Source of the DNA: Tubiluchus corallicola
Lineage: Eukaryota; Animalia; Priapulida
Direction: 5' to 3'
Length of the DNA stretch: 64,000 nt
Assembly (NCBI GenBank): GCA_030141605.1
Contig: JAQGDQ010000182.1
Location: 248,001 to 312,000 of the forward strand
Under the pieces are notes generated by a model, which saw only the letters and a program-made list of their open reading frames with translations, made no database searches and was not told the DNA's origin. This document shows positions 37,700 to 48,255 of this stretch, piece by piece; positions within the stretch are counted from its first letter, which is position 1; every line of letters starts with the position of its first letter. The translations under genes were made by a program, and so were the position numbers.

Positions 37700-39127
37700 T
37701 GTGTAATTATGGTTTGAAACTAAATTACAATTTATTTTTTGTCGTTTGTGAAAGGTCAAAATATTTGCTATAAATGATTGCTACCTTGTAATTCACTAAT
37801 CAGTGTGCTGCACAGTCTTTGTCAGTTGTATATTCTTGTGATAATTCCATGAGTTTAGATTCACAAATAAGTATTATTTTTTGGCGATGCGTGCATTCCA
37901 TCCATGTTATTCCTGTGATTAAGCACATGCATAAATTTCAAGATTTTCGTCTTGTTATTGTGTTATTTTTTCGATTGTTAAATCAAGGTATTGTATTTTC
38001 ATGTCAATAAAATACATATTGGCTAGCAAATCATCTACAGCTTAATTATTTTGTTTGATGACTAATGAGCGCATTGCTGCTTTTGTGTTCTAATATATTA
38101 TTTGATAAAATGAAATGTTTTTGGTTTGTTGATGAAACAGAACATTAAAAATTGTTAAAAACAGTGAAATCTTTGCGCATCTATACAGTCGAAATAAGGC
38201 GTGCAGTACAATAATTAAAGGAGTGAAATTATGAAATATACGGTCTCACACCTGCAAAAAATCCATTACATACATTGGTGTATTAAAATAAATAATAATA
38301 AAATTCGCAGTTGTAGCAGTCAATACATATAAAATTAAGTGATTTCTTGAAAGTTTATTAAATAGGTATGTTTCCATCAGATTTCAAATGTTTATTAATA
38401 ATGCATAATTCATTGAATTTTGTGGTAGTAAAGCTCTGGCAGTGGTGCTGGCATGCCTACGTAGAACTAATGTTCCAGTTAACTAAATGTTTTATTCTAC
38501 TATGCAACAAAAATTATAAAATACTTTTTACCAGTGATTAACGACGATGAAATTAAGAATAATAGTTGCGACCTATGATTAGTCAAATTTGCATGGATTG
38601 GGAATCTAAACTGTTGTCTTGTAGAGACTTTGTGACACCGAGACAGTGCCGAAATTTGTGCGTTCGTAAGAAAAGGGGAATGTTACGAAACGGCTGTAAA
38701 AACACAAAACGAAGATTTTGCATACTGTCTCAATCAATCATTGAAATCAATAATAATAATAATTCTTTTATTTTAGAATTCTGCCTGCCCAATGTCTACA
38801 ATAGACGTGACGGGCGTATGATGTTGAATCATAAAACAAAAATTTCTGAAGTCTTTTAATTTTATGAGAAAATTAAATGGCATTCTCGCGATTTTGCAAG
38901 CAATTGCATTGAAGCGTACGTGTTTGTAGAAAGAGCAATACTATTGCCAATAGTCCTCTCAGGTACAGAAAAAAACTTGTTTTTTGCTTCAGTGCTGTAG
39001 CTATGCTATCACAGTATCACTGTATCAGTGTCATTAGTGGTAGTGTATTATGATACTTCAATTGTGTCGTGAGTCATTGAAAGGTTCCATAATTATGTGA
39101 AATAGATGTATTTAAATTATCAAGTTT

Positions 39128-39866
39128 GGGCGCTATTACACTTTCGCACCGCCTAGTTTTTTCTGACCTATTGGTTGTTTTCACGCCTGCAGGCCAGAAA
39201 GCAGACCAACAGGCGTAATATACACCATATTCCCATAATATTATTGGTTTTTAGGCGTTACAATTCCAGATTAAAGTCATACATTACTTACCGTCACCAT
39301 CACGCAAAAAGCTCCACGTGAATAACTGTGTTTACACCACTAATGCGCAATCGCTCTCGCGCAGTGACGATGTGGCCCTTCACATGTATTTTTAGTTTCT
39401 TCGCATAATTTATGATTATTAGGGTTGCAGCCACGGGACCCAAGCTGGCATGTATGAGGAAATTATTTTAGACCACTACAGTTATTTATCATTAATTTTA
39501 TTTATTACTATAGTATTATTACTATTAGATTATAAAAAAGTAAAGGTTTTTTCTTTATTTCGTAAATGCGGTCAAGATGAAAGTGTGTCACGTGCCTTTT
39601 AAGCTAGGCCCTGATAATGCATAAACCAGTACGAAATTCGTCACGTGACTACACACACAAACAAGATGGCAATACGAACTGTATAGGTGTAGAACTGTGA
39701 ATACAACGTAATTATTGGTAATTATACCTAAATATATGATTAAATTACCACGAGATTAGCGGAAACATTCACTGATGACGTGAGAATAATAGAATAATGA
39801 CCTACGAGCCTAGAAACGAGTAATAACCTAGAAAAAACTAGGCGGTGCGAAAGTGTAGTAGCGCCC
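39128..39866. mobile_element. 739-bp non-autonomous DNA transposon with 37-bp TIRs and a 6-bp TSD
   Basis: TIR gggcgcta(t/c)tacactttcgcaccgcctagttttttct at 39128-39164 and inverted at 39830-39866 (1 mismatch); flanked by AAGTTT at 39122-39127 and 39867-39872. Confidence 0.95.
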
Positions 39867-39949
39867 AAGTTTGTTTAAGGAAAATGAAGTCGTTCAGTGT
39901 TTATGGAAAAATCGGAAAAGAAAGTCGTGCCATACGATACTGCCACTCT

Positions 39950-42900
39950 TAAAATATAATAGTGGTAGAGGTTAATCGAGCAAGCTTATTGTAACACCAT
40001 ATTTCGTATCTAAATATCTATCCAGCTTGTTCTTGAACTTGTTCACTGAAGAAGCTTTAGCAATTTCAGACGGAAGTTGATTCCACTGTCTAACCGCTCT
40101 TTCCATGAAAAAATATTTTCTACAATCCAATTTAGCTCTGTATTTAAAAATTTTTAGAGAATGCCTCCTGGTTCTGTCATCACTTACCAGTGTAAACATT
40201 TTTTCTCTTTCAATGCCACCTGACCCATGCATAATTTTATACATTTGTTTGAAATCTCCTCTATGTCTCCTCAGCTCTAAGGTTGTAAGTCTAACTATTT
40301 TCTAAGCCTCTTTTGATATGACATTTCCTCCATACCTTCAGTCATGCTGGTCACCCGATGTTGCATGCCCTCTAGAAGCTTAATGTAGTTTCTGTAGTGG
40401 GGATTCCATGCTTGTACACAATACTCTATTTTAGCTCTTACCAAGCTTTTTTTTCAATTTCATGATTGTCGTGATGTCTCTAGATACAAACTGTCTCTTT
40501 ATCATTTCTAATGTTTGATTAGCACTCTTCACCACTCAGCACACTGGCTTGCAGATTTTAAGTCATTAGTTACTGTCACACCCAAATCCTTTTCTTGTCT
40601 GACGGAGGCCAACTGAAATCCATTCATGTAATACCAGGGTTGTTGTATCCAAAGTGCATGACCTTGCATTTATCGACATTAACAATCATCTGCTAATCCA
40701 CACTCCACCTACATAACTCATCTAAATAACTTTGCAACCCACTAGCTTCATGTTCAGATGGTACCTTTCTATAAATTTTTGTGTCATCGGCAAATTTAAT
40801 TAAATTACTGTGCACAGATACCTCAATATCATTGATGAAAATTACAAAGAGTAGTGGACCGAGAACAGACCCCTGTGGAACACCACTCGACCTCTTGTCT
40901 TCTAGAAATGATGACATGTGTCCATCAATAACTACTCTTTGTTTCCGCCCAGTCAACCAACACTTAATCCATTTGCCAACTGCCCCCAATAATGGTATAC
41001 CATGTGCAGCATGCTTCTTTAAAAGCATTTGATGTGGTACTTTATCAAACGCTTTGGCAAAGTCTAAGTAAATAGCATCAAGTGGCTTACCTTCATCGAT
41101 AGCCAATGTAACATCATCCAAAAAAGTTAACAGGTTGGTTAAGCATGACCGACCTCGTATAAATCCATGTTGTGAGTCTCCTACCAAACCATGTTCTTCT
41201 AAATGTCCTTCTATTCTTTCCCTCAACAGTTTCTCAAATACTTTACATATCTGTGACGTTAGGGATATTGGACGATACATGCTAGTCAAAATCTTACTTC
41301 CCTTTTTGAATATTCGAGTCACATTGGCACATTTCCAATCAGTTTGTACTGCTCCTAGTTGTAAGCTCAAACTAAACAGCAAATACAGTGGTCTCTCCAA
41401 ACACTCTCTCAAGTCCTTCAGTACATTCGTAGCAAAACCATCACGTCCAGGGGCTACCTAATTCCAACAAGACCCTTTCCTCAGTCACTGCATAATCTTG
41501 TAACAAATTCTCCTCAGACCCTCTGTATATTTGCAGTGGCACCGGCATGTGATTAACGTCCTTATCAGTAAAACTAGATACAAAAAATTGGTTAAAACAC
41601 TCAGTAGTGGCACTCTCGTCCACCATAATTTCATCGTCCGACTTCTTAATAGACCCAATAGTGTTTTTTACCATTCGCTTAGAGTTTACATATTTGTAAA
41701 AAGATTTTGGATCCGTTTTGGCTTTATTTGCAAGTTCACTGTTCTTAACAGCCAGCCGTGTTAAACGTTAAACCTTCAGTTCAGCCTCTTTATACCGATT
41801 CAACATATATTCCTCATCGGATGCTTTGTATTTACTCCATAACCTCCTTTTCAGACTCACAGCTCGCTTGACTTTAAGTGTTACCCACTACCTGTTTTTT
41901 GAATTTACCCTTTTTGGTTTAAACGGCACATTTTTACTGATAACACTGTTCAACAAATGACTTATGTTCACCCATGCAGTCTTAATGTCGCCTGATATTT
42001 CGTTATCCCAGTTAATAGCATTCAAACTTTTTCAGTGCATTTTCAGTTCCATCTAATGCTACCCTGTTAGCTAATTTACCAATGCCAGTAATATTGCTTA
42101 CTAAGTTTGGTTCAGTTGATAAAATTAGATCTAGGATATTCTCACCTCTTGTTGGAAAATCTACATGTTGGTGCAAGAAACAATCAAGGACACAGTCAAG
42201 AAATTACATCCCACTGGTACCTGTAGCTTCTAGAGAATCCCATGACACTTCTGGAAAATTAAAGTCCCCTAAAATAACAACGTCCTTGGAGCTTAAGTCA
42301 CACAACACCTTATGCAACTTCTCATTAATTTCTTGGCTTTAATTTAGTGATCTGTACACCAGGCCCATAGTGAGTGGTTTACCATGTCCCCTATGTATTT
42401 CAATCCACGCAGAGTTTGTATACATTTTAGCACTAGGTGGAAATATTTCATGGCAAATTAAGGATTTCTGTACGTACAATATCACTCCTTCACCTCTTCC
42501 ATTAAGTTTATCACTTCTATCCTGTCTAAATGGTTTATGATAATTTTCTAAACAATGCTCATCCCAAGGAATGCTGTCTTGGAACCAAGTTTCTGTTATG
42601 CAAATTATGTGCGGTTTGTGTAGTTGTACAAGCAACTGAAGTTCATTGAATTTGTAAACCAAACTACGTGCATTAGTGTATAAGAATATCAACGTATTTA
42701 CAATTCTATTTACACATTTTTTAATATTCGAAGCATCTTTCAGTTTTTTGTCATCTTGTTGACCGAGCTCCTCAGATTATGTTTTGTCAATATTGTCTTA
42801 CTTTTGGAAGGCACAACAGCCAATACCACACCATTTTCACTTACTCTCTGAAGTATTTTGCCTTGGTAAATGTACAGGGCACTTTCACCTTTCGCACTTC

Positions 42901-43875
42901 TCTCCCGAAGTTGTTTTCTCAATTCAAAGTCCTTACTTCTCTGTCTTTTTGTAAGTTCAGGAGATACATACAATGTCTTTGAGCTTTTTTGCATTTCTGA
43001 GTATTAATCTTTTACTGTCCAGACTATCGAGTTTAGCTATAATTAATCCTTTCTTACCAGTTCTGCGGCATTCTTTAACTGTTATTTGTTTTTCCACAAG
43101 GTTGAGAGCTTTGAATAATTCATTTATTCTCACTTTGTCATCCACATCGTCCATCAAATTGACTTCTGCTCTTTCATCTTCTTTGTTTTCACTATCATTG
43201 ACATGCCTAGCCCGTTTTCGGCTCTCTAGTCCTCTTATTGTTATATTCAATTTTCTACGTTCAATATCAAGTGCTTCAGACACCAATTCAACCACAAATG
43301 CATCCGCATACTCACTCACTTCACTTGCTTTGGAAACTTGTTTTCCGTCTAGACTCAGCAATTTGTTTTCGAGTGCATCCGTCTTCTCCAGTTTTGCCTT
43401 AATAGTATCTACTCTCTAACGTAGGACATACATCCCTTGCAAGAATCTAAGTGCATTTGACTCACATGGCACAGAACCAATGAAATCTGCTATTAAGCAA
43501 ACCTGTAATTTTTCAAACAACTCATATTCCTCTTCACTGACTTCATCACACTCTATGTGAAACCAGTATGCGCACACGTCACATAATAGCCCCTTTTCCC
43601 CATCCTCTACATTGCAGTGCTGACAAATATCTTTCTCTAACACGTGGTTATTGTCCTCAAGATCATATCTCACTACATTGTTATTTGCCATTATCAAAAA
43701 TACGTTAGGCCTAACAACTCAAAAAGTATTGAGCTAAGATCAGAATCTTTAATTATTTAGAGTAAGATCACTTTTCAATAATAAAAAAATAGTTAAACTA
43801 CGACAGTTTTAAAATATTTTGGTAGAGAGTGGAAAAAACCCATCCGCCATGCTGAAAAACACAAGAACGTCTCCC
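39950..43875 (-). mobile_element. Near full-length decayed CR1-clade LINE: PHD-finger ORF1 and APE-RT ORF2
   Basis: PHD CQHC..CDVCAYWFHIEC (43416-43697); ORF1 C-terminal LYVSPELTKRQR; endonuclease YTNARSL..ICITETW; RT YRPISLTS, QHGF, YLDFAKAFDKVPH, SGVPQGSVLGPLLF, FADDTK; C-terminal WNQLP. Many frameshifts and stops; ends approximate. Confidence 0.95.
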
Positions 43876-44505
43876 TTAATTACTTAGTTAGAAATGAAGT
43901 TCTGACTTTTTAAAAAATATGAAACTTTTTGAGTTTTTAAAGCACACTGAAGCGAAAACTTACGCAGTCAACAACTCATTGCCTTACTAAACATTGAAAG
44001 GTATTTTGCTGAAGGTTATGTTGCAGCTTACTCTCATCTTTATGTTGAACATTTTTAAGTCAAAACAATCACTTATTCTAACTTTATCTTTCTTCGGACA
44101 TCCAATCTCTAGAGCTCTGTCAGCTGCTTTTTTCTTTCTCACTTCAAAATCTATTTCAAATTTGGGAAAGAATCCTTAACAGATACCTACTATGACTTCT
44201 TGAAACAAACTTCTCCTTACTTTTGTCTTTGTCAGCTACCAAGGTTTTTCCAAAAGCAAATTAATGTACGAAAAAAAGAGGTTTACCACTAGCAGGTATT
44301 GCATTATGAATCTGTGATGTGCTTATAATGAAAACTGCATGAAATTATGGAAAATGGCTTCATTATTTTTAGTAGGATTTAAGTAAACTGGCTTTTTAAT
44401 AAATTTCCGTATTCCAGTGTTGTTTTATAAACTTTATCAACTGTATTTTGTTTGCTTACAGGTAGTTGGCTTCTTACAGTAGTGGATGAACATACATTTC
44501 TTATC

Positions 44506-47500
44506 ATGGCTATGAGTAAAGGCTTTCGGGTGCTTTTCAAAAATGATGGTGTGAGTCCATTTAGCGTATTAGTAGAGCAGCGCAACAAAGATGAAACTTT
44601 GATGTTTGAGTCAGGAGCCGTTGCCTTACTATCTCAGTATGAAACAGAAGCAGTGAAAAAGCAGTACGTAAAACTGCTAGATGCTTATTGTTTAATTGGT
44701 GTCTTATCATTGCAGCTGCTTGACGATAGTTATATTTACTTTCTGGTGCTTGTAACTGGATGTGTCTCTGTAGGGAAGGTTGGTGACTCTGAGGTGTTTC
44801 GGGTTACTGGCACGACACTCATTTCTTTGAGAAATGTGGCAGAGGATGAAGATCGTGTTGTAGATGTCCGTAAGTTACTGGAGTCAGGAACATTTTATTT
44901 TTCCTGGTCTCGTGTAGGAAAAACTCTTGATCTAAGCTTATGCTGTCAGAGACAGTGCAGTGGAGTGGAAGAGACTGACGACAGATTCTTCTGGAATAAA
45001 ACATTGTATCTTCACATGCAACGGTATGGTATTAATTGTTCAGATTGGCTTGTTAAGCTAATGTGTGGTGCAGTGGAAATGCGTACGATATACGTAGGTC
45101 ATAAGCAAGCTAAGGCTTGCGTCATTTCTAGATTGAGTTGTGATCGAGTTGGAACACGTTTTAATGTCAGAGGTGTGAATGACCAAGGACATGTAGCAAA
45201 TTTTGTTGAGACGGAGCAGGTAATTTTCATTGACAATAAGATCTCGTCATTTGTACAAATTCGTGGTTCTGTTCCTCTGTTTTGGGAACAGCCGGGGATT
45301 CAAGTGGGCTCACACAAGATCAAAATGTCACGGGGTCACGAGATTCAAGCACCTGCCTTTAAAAGACATTTAGATCATATAAAAGAAATGTATGGCGAAC
45401 AAATCATTGTTAATTTACTGGGTATGAAGGAAGGCGAGAAGATTCTAAGTCGAGCTTTCCAAGAGCACCATAAGGCATCTGAATACAAAGACACAGTTCC
45501 ACTCATTGTGTTTGATTACCATTCCTACATCAAAGGTGGCAATAAGCAAAATCTTGCTATTCTAAAAGGGAAGCTGGACAAGTTTCTTCAGAAACAGGCT
45601 TTCTTTCATCATGAAGATGGCAAAATCTTGATGCTTCAGGGCGGAACTGTGCGAACAAACTGCTTGGACTGTCTGGACAGGACAAATAATGTACAGATGT
45701 TTTTAGGGCAGCTAATGTTACCTAAACAGTTAGAATCACTAGGTCTGGCCTCAAAGTCATCACTAACATCTAGGTTTGATGAAGTTTATCGCTCTTTGTG
45801 GGTTGAAAATGGCAACCACATTAGTCGAATCTATGCTGGCACAGGAGCTTTGGAGGGTCGCACTAAGATAAAAGATGGAGCTAGGTCAGTTACTCGTACC
45901 ATACAGAATAATTTCCTGGACACTGGCAAGCAGGAAGCCATTGATATCTTTCTCTTGGGTGCCTCTTTATGTAACGATTTGGGAAGCAGGGCCAGGTGTC
46001 TTCTTCCAAACAACATTCTTTATAGTTCTCCGGAATGGCTTCATGCAATGTGCGTGAGACACTTGGAGTATACTAAATATGATCCATTACGCATTACTGT
46101 GGCTACGTGGAATGTCAACGGTGGTAGTACTTCACGAAATATAGCATTTAAGCATCATAAACTTGATGACTGGCTGCTAGACAATCCGCAGATCAAGAAA
46201 AAACAGACCGGCCAGAGTCTTTTGGATGTTGATTCATTTAGCGAGCATACAGAAACTATTAACTGGAGTACACCCTCAGATATATTTGCTATAGGCTTTG
46301 AGGAAATTGTTGATTTGAGTGCGTCAAATATTGTTAGTGCTAGTACAGAAAACCAAAGAGCTTGGGGTGCTGAAATCCAGAAAACCATTTGCAGAGATCA
46401 CAAGTATGTTCTGGTTTCATCGGAGCAGCTTGTTGGTGTGTGTTTGTTTGTTTACGTACGACCACAGCATGCTCCATACATACAAGATGTAGCCGTGGAG
46501 ACGGTGAAGACTGGTCTAGGAGGTGCTACTGGAAACAAAGGAGCAGTGGCTATCAGATTTGTTTTCCATTCTACTTCGATGGTTTTTGTCTGCTCACATT
46601 TCGCAGCAGGGCAATCACAAGTGCAAGAACGCAATAATGACTATGGCGAAATAATGAAACGTATTGTGTTTCCGATGGGCAGAACCATAAGTTCACACGA
46701 TTACATATTTTGGTGTGGAGATTTTAATTACAGGATTGACATGAATATTGATGAGATAAAGGAGGGTGTACGATATAATGACTTCAATGCACTAGTTGAA
46801 GCAGACCAACTAACTCAACAGAAGCGAGCTGGTGCTGTTTTTCAGGGATTTAGTGAAGGGGACTTGACATTTGCTCCCACATATAAATATGATTTGTTCA
46901 GTGATGATTATGATACTAGTGAGAAAATGAGGGCACCTGCTTGGACAGATAGAGTTTTGTGGTATCGAAGAACCCATACAGGAGAAGATGTCATATTTCA
47001 TGCAGACAAACTTCTGCATTATGGTAGAGCAGAACTGAAGACGTCTGATCATCGACCTGTTGTAGCTGTCCTTGAAGTAGAAGTGCAAGAAGTCGATGTA
47101 GTGAAAAGGGATGCCATCATAAGCCAGGTGCTTCATGCACTTGGACCACCAGATAGTACTATTCTAATTTCTTTGGCAACTAATGAAGATGTTAGCGACT
47201 TGCCTGATTCTTTTATTGATGAGTTGATCGATATGGTCAGTACAGTGGGTGATGTCATTTTGATTAGACTTGAACGGAAGACCATATCGATGACACTTAA
47301 AAATGGACAGCAGGCAGTACAAGCATTACAGTTTAATCAGTCTGAGGTGCTTGGTCGCATAATTACCATCACACTGAAAAGCCCCGATTGGCAAAAGAAG
47401 TTGCAGGAAGAGTTGAAAATTGGTGCTGACGTTGGTTTGAAGCATACCCTAATGCGCAATAACACTTTACTCTCAGAAGACACAAAACCCGATGATGACA

Positions 47501-48255
47501 GTTTCTTTTATCAAGGAACTGACGATGATGATGACAATGATATTGGCAGGTTTCCGGCTTCACAACCGGTCTTTGTCGATCCCATGCGTCCAGGAACACC
47601 AACTGGTTCAGAAAAAGAAAAGCCAAAACGGCCACCTCCTCCGCAGCGCCCAACAGGCCAAAAAACTCCAGCAGTACCAATTTTGCCAGGTAGAAGTGAA
47701 GCCATAGGTGTGCTTTCTGCTGCTGCGGATTCCGCTGCAAAAAACGAAAACAATTCTCATTACAAAGCTAACAGTCAGGCATCATTTTTACATTTATCTA
47801 ATATAACAAAGCCTCACAGTTGTGGTGATATAGAATCTATGGTTGTAGCTGGCAATTCAAGATCAAGTTCTGTACTTCGGACACACAGCTCTGACACACT
47901 TCTTAACGATCAACCACCAGTTGCGCCACCTGTTAACACCCCAGAGTATGATGAGTTCGGAAGTTATGGAGCTCCAGCAGATGTGTCATTTGGGCTTGGC
48001 GATCCAGGTACTCCACCTCCCTCCCCACCTCCAGATGATCTTGGAGATCCAGGTACACCACCACCATCGCCACATGCAGATGATCATGAATTTGGCCCTC
48101 CTAGTTCTCCTTTACAGTTTGATCCAGGAGATTTAGACATTCCAAATGAATCACTTTATTGCAGTAACGAAAATGAGGCTCGTGTAATGAACATTCCAAA
48201 CAAACCTCCTCCAATTCCTGTCCGACGTGCGCCACCTCCATCTAAACTTGGTTAA
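44506..48255 (+). CDS. SYNJ1: Synaptojanin (SAC1 phosphatase, inositol 5-phosphatase, RRM-like domain, Pro-rich tail), 1249 aa, single coding exon
   Basis: Start MAMSKGFRV; SAC motifs GTRFNVRG, RGSVPLFWEQ and catalytic RTNCLDCLDRTN; 5-phosphatase TWNVNG, GFEEIVDL, WCGDFNYR, PTYKYD, PAWTDRVL, SDHRPV. A splice acceptor tttgcttacag at 44461 precedes the ATG, so the listed TTG start at 44452 is not the real start. Confidence 0.96.
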   Translation: MAMSKGFRVLFKNDGVSPFSVLVEQRNKDETLMFESGAVALLSQYETEAVKKQYVKLLDAYCLIGVLSLQLLDDSYIYFLVLVTGCVSVGKVGDSEVFRVTGTTLISLRNVAEDEDRVVDVRKLLESGTFYFSWSRVGKTLDLSLCCQRQCSGVEETDDRFFWNKTLYLHMQRYGINCSDWLVKLMCGAVEMRTIYVGHKQAKACVISRLSCDRVGTRFNVRGVNDQGHVANFVETEQVIFIDNKISSFVQIRGSVPLFWEQPGIQVGSHKIKMSRGHEIQAPAFKRHLDHIKEMYGEQIIVNLLGMKEGEKILSRAFQEHHKASEYKDTVPLIVFDYHSYIKGGNKQNLAILKGKLDKFLQKQAFFHHEDGKILMLQGGTVRTNCLDCLDRTNNVQMFLGQLMLPKQLESLGLASKSSLTSRFDEVYRSLWVENGNHISRIYAGTGALEGRTKIKDGARSVTRTIQNNFLDTGKQEAIDIFLLGASLCNDLGSRARCLLPNNILYSSPEWLHAMCVRHLEYTKYDPLRITVATWNVNGGSTSRNIAFKHHKLDDWLLDNPQIKKKQTGQSLLDVDSFSEHTETINWSTPSDIFAIGFEEIVDLSASNIVSASTENQRAWGAEIQKTICRDHKYVLVSSEQLVGVCLFVYVRPQHAPYIQDVAVETVKTGLGGATGNKGAVAIRFVFHSTSMVFVCSHFAAGQSQVQERNNDYGEIMKRIVFPMGRTISSHDYIFWCGDFNYRIDMNIDEIKEGVRYNDFNALVEADQLTQQKRAGAVFQGFSEGDLTFAPTYKYDLFSDDYDTSEKMRAPAWTDRVLWYRRTHTGEDVIFHADKLLHYGRAELKTSDHRPVVAVLEVEVQEVDVVKRDAIISQVLHALGPPDSTILISLATNEDVSDLPDSFIDELIDMVSTVGDVILIRLERKTISMTLKNGQQAVQALQFNQSEVLGRIITITLKSPDWQKKLQEELKIGADVGLKHTLMRNNTLLSEDTKPDDDSFFYQGTDDDDDNDIGRFPASQPVFVDPMRPGTPTGSEKEKPKRPPPPQRPTGQKTPAVPILPGRSEAIGVLSAAADSAAKNENNSHYKANSQASFLHLSNITKPHSCGDIESMVVAGNSRSSSVLRTHSSDTLLNDQPPVAPPVNTPEYDEFGSYGAPADVSFGLGDPGTPPPSPPPDDLGDPGTPPPSPHADDHEFGPPSSPLQFDPGDLDIPNESLYCSNENEARVMNIPNKPPPIPVRRAPPPSKLG

